64,000 nt of DNA from Azolla caroliniana (Eukaryota > Plantae > Polypodiophyta): assembly GCA_043228905.1 (NCBI GenBank), contig JBHGNT010000005.1:22630001-22694000 (forward strand), in the 5' to 3' direction. Every line of letters begins with the position of its first letter. Within the stretch, counting starts at the first letter, position 1. Of the stretch, positions 11,400-23,100 are shown piece after piece. Made by a program: the position numbers and the translations under genes. The notes beneath the pieces were generated by a model that ran no database searches, was not told where the DNA came from, and saw only the letters and a program-made list of their open reading frames with translations.

Positions 11400-14300
11400 G
11401 ATGTTAAGGCTAATATCCATGAAAACCTCAATATCCATCAACTTGTATTATTGTCCCTCAAGATGGATAGATCTCACAAAAAGAAAAAAAACATCATATA
11501 TATTGCTCACATGATGTGCATTGGATTACTTCTCCGACAACATCTATAAATGTACGGTTTCACACATATACCATGCTTTCCACCAACAAACCTTGATTTG
11601 GAGGTTTCATGCTAGTATAAAGGGCTCACACTCATTAGGATCTATATTTCGACATCATCATGTGCCTTAAACTAGATTCTAATATCTATCACGATCATTT
11701 AACAACTTGGTTGGGGCTATGTCGACAATGTGTATTCTTGTTTCTAATGCATCCCCTTACTCCACCCATCCTCATGGCATGGTTTGATAAAACAATTTGA
11801 AAAATGCTAACATGGTGTGTAGGTCATGATTAGAAAGCTTTATTGCGCCTCCAATCAGCCCAAATATCTTAAACTTAATTACAATGTGAGGTGCGAAAAA
11901 AGAAGAAGGTAAAGTGAAACATCTTATCACTAAGTATTAAAATTATTTGGTGGATTTATGGGTGAGAACATCACATACATACATACCCGACAATTTCTCA
12001 AATTTTTAAGTGTTTCACATCATGGTGTATCGTTATACATATACTTGAAATTCTTATCTATTGTGACTTAATCCACAACATGCAAATTATGGCCTTCGTA
12101 AAATATGTATGTATCTCACTCTAGAGTTTAATTATGCTTGAACTTATAAGGCCCCATAAGGACTTGGAAAGCATTGAAAGATTTGGGTGTTTTGCCATTA
12201 TCCATTCGATGAAAATTCTATCGATTGCCATACAACATTCGAGAATATGTTTAAAAGGCGATCACAAAAGTGCAAAATGCACTTCTAGAAAGGCAAATCA
12301 TTTTTTCACATCAGTATGGGTGTCGATTCTGTCACCTTCTTGTCGGCCACAAAATCATTGTTGACAAACACAAATTACATACATCTCACTTCAAACACTT
12401 ATTATTTACCTTTACCAAACCAAAGACTAGAATGGATTGCATTAATACAAATTATGTGCAAGTTTTTACACAAAATCTTCCGCACATTCAATTTGAGAAG
12501 AAAAATAATAACTTAAAGATATAGCAAGTAAAGATAAATTAAAGAGTTGATAGGCTCTTTCCTTTTGGATACCCAAAGAATCATAACAAAACTTGAGTGG
12601 ATTCCTATGAAGATATCCCATTGGTGTGAAAAGCTATTGTAGTGTGTTTCATTTGGTTTGGAGTGGATGTACATTTCCATAATATAACTATAGGAGATCC
12701 ATTTGGGTTGAGGTATTGTATCTTATCGATGACACTACAAATCCACTTTGGGTTTGTGCCACTATTGTATGCTCTTTGTACCTCTAGGAAACTCTTTGTA
12801 TATGTAAAAGGCTCATGTAGGTGCATTTGATGGTACCAACTCCCCAGCAAGATAACATCCCTCTTGAACAACCATTGTCCAACTTCCTAGAGCTAACATA
12901 AGCAATTAGTCTTTTTATTTGTGGAGAAGCAACGAAAAGGATTTGTGGGAAATCCATAAAGGCCTCGCATATAAAAACATATAGACAATGGATAAGGACG
13001 AATCATCTAAATTTGGGTTAACCTATTGCTCATAGGCCCTCTCCCCTCTCCCTAAACGATCCTATCCATAAGTCATGCAGTCTATACATTATCAAATCAT
13101 ACACCTTAAACTTCTTGAAATCTTTTAAAATCTCATTTGGCTCTCTAGAACAATTTAAACTCTTTTGACTTTCGACAATATATATTTGCACCTCATTCTT
13201 GATCTTCTTCTCTTCATGGCTATTATAAAGCTAGTTTTGAATGACATATAAATCCTCTCGAGTTATCATGCACGAAGTTTTTTATGGATTGACGAATAAC
13301 AGAGTATTGTCTTGTCTTGTGTGAATTTTCGTTTGATATAAAGTTGTACAATAATTACCAATCTGTATAACCAACCATCTTACTTTTCTATTAATAAACC
13401 ATGAAATGTGCATTTGAGATCTTTATTATTGTTTCTATGTTTGAAACATTGAATGTTCTTTAAATTTTGAGTACGATCATTGGATCTTACTAAATATTTC
13501 AATTGACAATGTAAATGATCATGAGTCATAAGTCATGACCATTGGATAACTCAAATTAGGTGTAAAATCACATGGCATCATAATCATGTTCAGATCTTCA
13601 TTTAAACATTCTTGCTCTAAATTTAGTTAGAAAGTGCTTGAGGTTTTTACGCCTAGTAGTGTTGTGCCATCTGTGTACATATGCATGGGGAACAACAAAT
13701 AGCAATTTCAAGAACTTGAAGTCCAAAGCTTGGATTTCCGGCTCCATTTTTGCACATTGCATGGGGGGTTGAGGATAGTGACATGTAGGAATACAATGGT
13801 TAGGAACAATGAGTTCTACATTGAATTTGCAATACAAAAATGACTGCAAACATTGGTTGCCCCATTAGTTGACCATCTTACTAGGGTAACTATAGAGAGC
13901 ATAATAATTGGATGTATGAAAATGTTGCTCCAAGATCAAAAGATATTTATTATATTTCTTTTAGAGTACAAGCTTGATAGTCAAATAGAAGAAAATAATG
14001 AAACATTTAAATTGAAAGGACATCTAGACATCAATGAGGCTAGACAACTTGCCTTCGAAGTGCAATCTTTCAAGAGCCACTAGAGCAGAGTTACACAATG
14101 GCATTGAAAGCATACTTTGAATCGAAGAAGGAACTGTAGTAGCACCGATAAATCCATTGACCAAGTGCTCTACAAGTCATCCTTAAGTTGTACGCGAGAG
14201 AGAAAGACTATCCCCTAGTGTTAAATCCACAATGGCATTAGGATGGAATTGGGTCATCCTTGAGCACAATCCTTGGGGGCGACATTTCCTTTCTCTATTT
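11400..14300 (-). mobile_element. Highly degenerate DNA transposon relic, possibly CACTA/En-Spm
   Basis: Only broken, frameshifted peptide resemblance to CACTA transposase (around 12560-12870 and 11590-11680). No termini identified; boundaries approximate. Confidence 0.3.
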
Positions 14301-14878
14301 CATAGCTCGTCGCTTGATTGAATGCTTGCTTTGTTGACCTTTATCGAAAAAAATGTTACCTTTTAAAAGAGGGGCCGGGCCACGCATTAGAGATCCGCCA
14401 TCCGTCAATCACTCTGTGAACAAAGATCACGTTGGTTGGGTTTCAATGTATGCATGTCGTTACCACGAACACCGTCGAGAGCCACGCCGCCTCTTTCGGC
14501 AAAAGCGGCGGACAAAAATAAATGAATAAATATCGGATAGTAGTCCATCCGGGCGATCGTTTTCCTTCTCCTCCTCCTCTTCTTCTTCTTCTTCTTATGA
14601 AGGCGGCTGGTATGGCCGGGAATGAGAGGGGATAGAATGAAGTGTTAAATTAAATAAATTATGATTTAGTACACACAACATGCACACACACACAGAGCTT
14701 ATATATATAATTATATAATATTATATATATATATATATATATATGTATATGTATATGTATGTATGTATTTATAAGGCTTCTCCTCCTCTCAACACACTCA
14801 ACTTAATTCAAGTCAAGTCAAGTCAAGAAAAGTCAAGCCGGACACGCCCCCACCTCCCCCCAAAAAAGCCCGCAGGTC

Positions 14879-15679
14879 TCAGAATTGGTCGCCTTCGAAC
14901 GTCTGGCCGAAGCTCCAGCCTGCCGGCGCCGCGTCGTACGACGTCAGCGTCCTGCCGTCGCTGGTCGTCACGGCGAACGACAGGCTCTGCCCGTCAAGCT
15001 TCCCGTTGCTCTGCCAGTTCTGGCCCCAATTCCGGCTCATGGCCATCCATCCCGTCTGCGAGCCCTTGACGGACACCGCCGTCACGTCGCCCGCGCCGCC
15101 CACGTTGGTGATGAGCACCAGGTTGAAGTAGGAGTGGCCGTTGACGGTGAAGCGGATGCCGCCTTTCTTGGCGCAGGCCACGCGGCGGTAGACCACCGGC
15201 ACGATGCCGCCGCTGTACACCCCGATCTTCTCGAACGCCGGCTGCGCCATGTCGAAGTGCTCCCGCGGGGGGTTGCACCAGCCGCCGGCGTCGCTGGATT
15301 GGGCGGGGTTGGGCGGGCAGAAGTTGGTGGCGGTGACCACCACGCTGGAGGCGCCGCCGCCAACGCACCACTTGGGGTCGGCGGCGGCGTCGCACTTGAT
15401 CTCGAAGCAGGCGCCGCAGCTGAGTCCGGCGTTGAAGAGCGCGGTGCTGAGAGCGGCGGTGTCGGTGCCATAGCCGGAGGTGTAGAGATCGCCGTAGCCG
15501 CAGGCGCCGCCCATGGTACCGGCGGCATCTCCGCCGCCATAGAAGGTGGCGTGGGCGGAGGTCCAGCTGCTGGGCAAGGATTGGGCGGCAGCAGGAGGAG
15601 AGGCCATGAAGAGAATGGCGGAGGCGCTCATGGCCATGGCCATGACGCGGAGGAGGATGAGATTGTTTGATGAGGCCAT
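14879..15679 (-). CDS. EXPA: alpha-expansin (intronless), 266 aa, tandem paralog
   Basis: Same motifs as 8003-8803; 6 amino-acid differences by manual comparison. Confidence 0.97.
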   Translation of the reverse strand: MASSNNLILLRVMAMAMSASAILFMASPPAAAQSLPSSWTSAHATFYGGGDAAGTMGGACGYGDLYTSGYGTDTAALSTALFNAGLSCGACFEIKCDAAADPKWCVGGGASSVVVTATNFCPPNPAQSSDAGGWCNPPREHFDMAQPAFEKIGVYSGGIVPVVYRRVACAKKGGIRFTVNGHSYFNLVLITNVGGAGDVTAVSVKGSQTGWMAMSRNWGQNWQSNGKLDGQSLSFAVTTSDGRTLTSYDAAPAGWSFGQTFEGDQF

Positions 15680-15795
15680 TGGTATGTGTATGTGTATATG
15701 TGTATGTATAGATATATATAATATGTGTGTGTATGGGGTTATGGATCCAAGAGATGATTAGACAATACTCTACAAGACTTGCCAGGCTCAATGAA

Positions 15796-15803
15796 TTTAT
15801 ATA
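15796..15803 (-). promoter_or_regulatory. Putative TATA box of expansin copy 2
   Basis: TATATAAA about 120 bp upstream of the ATG, in the same context as 8931-8938. Confidence 0.6.
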
Positions 15804-16037
15804 CTACTACATACATACATAACATAGTTTGATTCGTGTGTATCTATCTCTCAAAGAGAGGGAAAAAGATATGGAGAGAGAGCTTTACTACAAGAGTGTG
15901 GCGCCCCACCGTGTATTTGTCGCCGAGTTTTCCGAGTCATGTGGGCACCTTGTTGTCGTGGGACCCTGGGTCGTTGGTGAATGTCTGAATAATGTATTTA
16001 TTTGTTCTTGTCTAGTACACTCAACTTAATGTCCACT

Positions 16038-16199
16038 ACATTGTGATCGGTTCTTGTTCTGTGATTGAAATATATCATTCATCACTTTAGGTCATGTCCC
16101 ACCCTTCACACATCCCCACATTGTCATCAGTTCTTGTTCTGTGATTGAAATATATCATTCATCACTTTAGGTCATGTCCCACCCCTCACACATCCCCAC
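16038..16199. repeat. Tandem duplication, 2 x 80 bp
   Basis: ACATTGT(G/C)ATC(G/A)GTTCTTGTTCTGTGATTGAAATATATCATTC...CACATCCCCAC repeated with period 80. Confidence 0.9.
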
Positions 16200-17877
16200 C
16201 ATGATGATTGTATATTGGTCATGGTCTAGGCTTAACTCTCTCTCTCTCTCTCTCTCTCTCTAAGAATACATATTTTCTTTCATGTAATCTCATGGACCGG
16301 CTTCCAAGTTCCCCCACCATTCCGTTCCACCGTAAAAAGGTTTTCAATATTCACACATTCTGCACACCTTGTGAGTAAGATCTTTATTAAACACCACTTT
16401 AAACTTTGTTCATTTCTTCTTTCGATGATATGTGGCTCACACAAATGTGTGCCCCACTTCTCCAAGATTTGGCACATCAACCATCCGTCTTAAACGCTAG
16501 CCTCGGCGATCATAGATGGATGGCATTATGTCAATCTATGTATTACAACTGTATCTAATGTTGCACTGTGCAATGTCCCCCCCACCTTCCCTATTACCCA
16601 TGGGTTGAAAGTAAACTTTCAAACAAACCCACATGGCGTGTGTCACTTTACTTTTGAGATCTTATTGACTATGCAATTGGCCCAAATCTACTGTCACTTG
16701 AATCTCAAATCTAAATAATTGTGGCTCACGCTAAATTGTGACCCACCTTCACCCTCACCCACTTCCAATGGTAGTACTTCTAAGGATCATTCAAGGACTC
16801 ACTCAATAGGTATAACTTTTTTTAGGGAATTTATAGCTTACCAAACATGTAGAGCTAATCTCATAACAATGCATCTATTTAGCCTATTTTCAAGCAAAGT
16901 CACATGGTGTGTCAATATAATTCAGAAACCTTATCTATCATAACTTATTCGACAACTATTCAAGAAAGTGGATTAGGCTAAAGTATGCTGGGCAATATTC
17001 AAAAGTGTGGATAAGGCAAAAGTATGTTAGCCTAGTAATAGTCATTTGATGGATGATTGTGTAACTTATCACATATTTAACTTATTGTGTTGGAACTCAT
17101 ACTATCATCAAGAAGTGGCAAAGTAGTTGATGAAACTATAGCCATGTTTTTCGTTGATTGGTCAAATTGTCATTACCTTAAACATATTTTGGCAAACATG
17201 TGTTTACAATTTCAACAGATCTAGATTATCTTGAAATTTGGTTAGTAAAAAGGATTGGGAAGAACGCCTCGAAGAATAAGTTTCTCATATCAAATTTGAG
17301 CCGCAACATTTGTATTGATCAACCTGTTAATGAAAAATTGGATACTTCGTGAGTAGCATGGTTGGGAAAATAAGAGTAAGCACAAACATTAAACTAGGGT
17401 TTATTAAAAAAATGCAAGTTATGTTTTATAGAACCCTAACTATAAGAGGCTAGTGTTTATACTTTTTCATTATTTCAAGAATGTGATGATTTGGTACAAG
17501 AGAAAGAAAATCTAAGATGTTTTCATAGTAGTAAAGTAAGCATGCATAGAGACAAACCTTCAACATCAGGTGTCTTAATATTTCCCTTACACCAAATAAG
17601 AAGTTATGAGAGGCTTGTACATGCATTTGCATCTAAAGTGCATGTATTGCATGTGTCATGGCAATGTATCGATTATTTCTATAACATTAGTTTATGTGAG
17701 TTCATGAGAACCCTTTATTTACATTTGGATGAGAAGTTTTTGTTGAATTGATTGCTTATATTTGGTTCAATTCAAGACAAACTCATTTTATATTATTGAT
17801 GCACATCAAACATGTGCTTTTCAATGTTACTCAATAAAAATAAAATATTTAAGGGAAATATTACTAGAGATATGTGT

Positions 17878-18306
17878 AACAATCAACAAAGATCGAACCA
17901 CATCTTAACAGTTCAGTTTAGTTTCAACAATTAGAAACTGCACTTTAAATGGTTTATTATTATTTTTAATTTTTAATTCTTTTTTTTAAAACAATCTTTT
18001 CATTTTCAAGCCTTATTCTCACATTTTAAGAAAATCTATAAAATTTTGAAAAATAAAAATATAAAATACTAAAATTTTAAATTTGAATTTTGACCTTGAA
18101 AACCGAAAATTTTATATTTTTAAAATTTAAAAATTGAATTTCGACCTAAGTTGGAAACCATGAAACCCTGGTTTTAACAGTTTGAATTTTTTAAAACGGT
18201 TCAGTGTAATGGTTTCATGGTTCAGTTCGGTTCGGTTCAAGTTTCAAAAATTTTAAACAGTTCAATTTTGACACTCTCAAACCGAACCAAACCATTGCCT
18301 ATTGTT
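17878..18306. mobile_element. MITE-like element, copy 2
   Basis: Shares AACAATCTTTTCATTT..AAGCC.TATTCTCACATTTT and the end GACACTCTC..ACC.AACCAAACCATTGCC.ATTGTTAG with 7384-7754. Confidence 0.6.
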
Positions 18307-20118
18307 AGATAAGAGGGGTAATATCAACACTATATCTAACATCTTTTAAAAATATCATCATAGAGGAAGGAATAAATCCCCATGGGTGACCATTGTTGCA
18401 AAATCAATTGTTTCACAAATTTATCATTCATTGCTAGAGGTGCATATGTTGGAACTCAAAATGGTCATGTCCACACCAACTGTATTAGATTTTTCACGAG
18501 ATTGAGCAAGCTTGTTAAACATTCAACTTTATTTTAGTTATTGACAAATTGTGCCTACTAAATGACATAATTATCCTATGCAATACATTCCCTAAGTTCT
18601 AGATGTATTTATGAATCACATATGAGCGAAAACAAACAATAATTGATCCAAGCACAAAATTCATTACATCGAAATAGTAAGAAACCATTATGCCCTTGAT
18701 GAATACCAAAAGTACCATTAGTCAAATTGTAGAAATGTCCATGGTAATTTTTTGTAATTCCAGATTTGTTCCTAGTCATTTTGTAGAAGGGGCCTAGATT
18801 TGTAATATCATAACACCTTTGGTCAAACTGTAGAAAGACATTGAGATACTTATCTAAAGCCTAGAATTAAATTAGATTTGTAATGGTCAAGTGTGCAAGC
18901 TATTAAAGTAAGTGTTTTCTCAAATGTTTCCCAAATGGTCAAATATGCAAGTATTGTTGTTGGTGTTTTTCCAAATGTTTAGTTGTTTGAAGTATCAAAT
19001 GTTCAATTGTCAATTCTCGCATGCACTTCATAATTGAAAGTTTTCTCCAATATCTTTCAATTAGTGACCCTATTTTGTGATTAAATATTTCTTCCCCATC
19101 TTACCATTACATCTCCTAGTCAAGAGTAGAAGACGAAGGCAGGTGGTTCTAGCATCTGATTCAAACTGTTCGACAAGTTGAAACAGAGAAAACATTGCAT
19201 TTTCACACACAAGCTAAGAGAACCAAGTATTGTCTAGCTCAAGACTCTAAGCAAAAGGTTCGCTACTAAGCATCAGATTTTGCATCTAATGTGCCCCAAT
19301 TTCATGACCTAACCGCCAAAAAAGGAACTAGGTGACCTTTTTCCTTGAGCAAAAAGTTATGCATAACCCCTCTACTTGTTCTCCATATAATCTCGTTTCT
19401 GTCCACCAATGGTTGAGCTATTTTGGTCTGAACAACGGGTTTTCCAAATCCTTTTTCTCCTACAACGGTTTCTTGCCATCTCTTTTTTCTGTCTGGTAGG
19501 TAGGAACGATGTTTAGGCCTCGGCCATTTTCACATAAACTGCGCATGGACAATGGCCATTTTAAGATTTTTCTTTCTGTATTAGGATCAATGGAATTAGC
19601 ATCCAAAATAGTTCATATCACGAGACAAAACCTAACTGATTTTATACAAGCTGATCGAAATTTAGTATCTCAGAAAACTGTACACAATCTGATTAGTAGT
19701 GTCATTTTTGTAGAATGAGTTTGAAATAACCCTGTTTTAGTGCATGAATCCTTACAAAGCGGTTGAACTATCCAAATAACCTAAATCTGCTCCAAAAACT
19801 TCATCATAGTGTCATCCATTGGAATGACAACTACAAAAACGCAACCTCAAAATAATCAAAACTCTTGACCTAATAATAACTGTGAAAGTTTCTTTATCTC
19901 GATAATTGATAGTAAACATTACAATCCCAAGAACCTGACTGTAACCTTTAGCCCATTTTGAGCACATTACCTAGGAGACGTAACAATCTTGTCTGTAACT
20001 CTTGACCTAAGAACTACAAACGTTTTCTGCCTCGATGACCAATACTAATTATTACAATTCTCAGGCTCTGATTGTAGCACATGACCCAGGCTAACTATTT
20101 GCAAATCCAAGTGCATAT

Positions 20119-23100
20119 TTAGATATAGTTGATCTCAGCATGTGGAAGTGGACAATCTACACTGCATCCATCCTAATGTTTCATAAAGATGCCCATTAGA
20201 GTCTCAAAGAGCTTCATTTGTATTCAGCACAGGAAATTTTACTCCCAGTAAAATAATAAACACTTACTTGTGAGCAATTAACAATTCCAAACTCTAAACC
20301 GTCCACTAATGCTCGAAAACTTGCCTCCACAATTGAAGAATGTGCACCCACCTGAAACATTGTCCATGCAATAAAATATTGACAATAAATAAACAAGGTG
20401 AGAATCGTATACATATTAGGTACAGATATTTGCTCACAGTTGTCCACTTGTTGCCCAAATTGTCGACAAAATCAATGGTAACCCGAGTTGTCGATAGCGT
20501 CCCTTTTCGCGCATTAACTGGTTCTAACAAATGGACTTTATAGTCTGCCAATTCAACTTGTACAAGTTGCGGGTAATGGGTTTCTAAAGCATTCCTGAAA
20601 CACATCAAGAAAATAAAAGCATAAATATATGGCCAGATGAATCTGACCTGACAACATGTGAGTATAAAAACCTTTACCTCAGGGCATCACTTAGAGCATC
20701 AACAGGCCCAATACCCTCAGCTGCACTCATCTGTACATATGCGAAGTGTCTAGTATTATTTACTGATATCTTTCTCTCTCTTTTTTTACTAAATGCTCCT
20801 TTGATTTTTACTAAGTATCAATAAATGTTCTCCATTTTTTTACAGAAATATTATTTAATGTTTCTTATGTCTCTGCAAAGAAATGCCCTTTGTTCTAATT
20901 AGACACAGAAATTTACCTATAAGTTGTGTTCTAACCCCATACTCTTTTAGATGCAAAAACAAAACAGATATAATTTAAGGATTTACCTGCACTTTACCCC
21001 TTACACTCAGCTTCACGATGGCCTGATTCACTTGGGAATCACCATAGTCCACTGTTTCAGATTCTCCTTTTCTACTATTTAGATTACCTCGATTGCTTGA
21101 TATAACAGAGAACTCCAGAATCTGAAAACTGATTTATAAGGTCAATAGAAGAAACATCAATAAACATGATGATGATGATGATGATGATGAAAAAAGAGAA
21201 TGTGATGAAGTGGGGTGGAGATGATCATTGAGAATGAGGATGAGGAATGTTCCTTCAAGCTCCAAGTGCCAAAATACAACCATAAGAACTAGGTGGTCTA
21301 TATCCAATTTTCAGAAATAGTTGAAAACAACTCCGTTTAAAAAGTAAGCCTTAAGCAGCTTTAGAAAAACCTTAACAACATCCATCATTCTCAATTTTTA
21401 GGTTTTCTTATTTTTCTGTTTGGTACTCTTCATCAGTTGAAGTCTCAGTATAATAATAACTCTAGCTATCCAGAACAAATGAGAAGCCAACATGCCTAAT
21501 ATGAAATAGCCATTGTTCTTATGTTCAAACATTCAGGACTGCAAACATAGAAAAAGAGAAAGACAAATAGATAATAAACACTTACGGAGTTTTGTATTGT
21601 GCACCCTTACGAATTATAAGCATGTCTACTGAAGCCCCTGCATTTTCGAAAGCACAGCCCTAGAATGCATAATACCGCATTGAGAAAAATTTCCCAGATA
21701 CACACACACAAACAATCAAAAATTCATAAGTTCATTATATATTAGAAAATTTCCATGCCCTAAAAGGCTGTCCAATTAAAGGTACAGATACATTCCAACC
21801 AACCAAAGACAAGCATTCTGCATAGATACCTCATTCTCCATTTCTTTGATGCGAGCAAGAACACTACCAGCAATGCTTTTATCTATTCTCAATCCAGCTT
21901 TCTCAGCCTGAGGGACAATTAGAATGAAAACTGAAATGAACCCGTAACAATACAGAAAATATTACACCAGCTTCAAGTCATTGGTATCTTACTTTATCGA
22001 GAATATTGCCCCTCCCCGATAGCTCACTGACAACAGATCTCATTGTATTTCCAACTATGGTAGGGTTCATGTGGTTATAGCTTTCAGGCATCTGTAAAAG
22101 TAAAAATAAAAATTCACAATGGGCAATTACGTGTTTCCTTGTAACTTCTGTAAGCTCAGTTAAGGTGGAAGGAATCTGGGTTTATAATTGTATAAAATCA
22201 CTGAGATCAATTTCAAATTTCCAAGTGTTTGGATGTTATCCTTTCTATTCGTGGAGATGATACCATCAGTAATACCCCTTATTGAAATTTATTTGTTCTT
22301 CCAATTCACTTTTTCCTTTTGTTCTGAAGATGCCACTCAGGTACATCATAAACTTAGGTAGTGAGCCACATCTCTTGCCGGTGCTGTTAGGTCATTTTCC
22401 TTTATCAAAACATATTTTTCCTGTGTCATTAGAATATCATCCTTCAAGAAAGGAAAAAATAGGATGAGGAACTACTGTTAACACAATGGATGTTGATGGA
22501 TCTTAAAAAGTCTAAAATTTCAGTACACAGAATGGCAGAGGTTACGGGGTAGAAGTAGATATAGTGAGAGGGTCATATATTTTACCTGCGATGTGCAAGT
22601 CAAGTGACTGTACTGTATGACTCATTGAGAGGAAACAGCAATGTCCAAGCATATACGAGAGGAAGGGAGGGTTCTCCTTCTAGGATGACAGTTCTATGTG
22701 AATGAGAGGTGACTTCAGAAAAGAAGTCAGAAGAGGAGAGATGAGATAGTCTAGGTTGAGAAGATGGATGAGGTGTTGTCAAAATTGAACGAGGATCAGG
22801 TGAAAACGTTGGTGAAATACATGAAGCATTCTCTTGCCTCTACACCAGAATGGATAATTGATTCTTGTGCATCTAGGCATGTGACGGGTAATGCTAGCAA
22901 GTTCTCCTCATATATTCACTTAGCAATACCAGAGAGCATTCAAACTGCTGACAGTACAACACAATCTGTAGTTGGTATAGGTACAGTGAAATGTACTGAC
23001 TCTATGACGGTACAACACAACCTGTAGTCGGTATAGGTACAACACAACCAGTAGTATACAGAGAACCTAGAAATGTACTGACTCTGTGACATTGTCTAAT

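Noticed and set aside
8009-15791. Long antisense and alternative-frame ORFs over both expansins (261, 239 and 265 aa)
   Set aside because: Expected by-product of extreme GC3 bias (few stop codons); low-complexity Arg/Gly/Ala products with no motifs.
19862-20077. Diverged ~80-bp duplication in the cimA 3' region
   Set aside because: Short and degenerate, with no evident structure or function.
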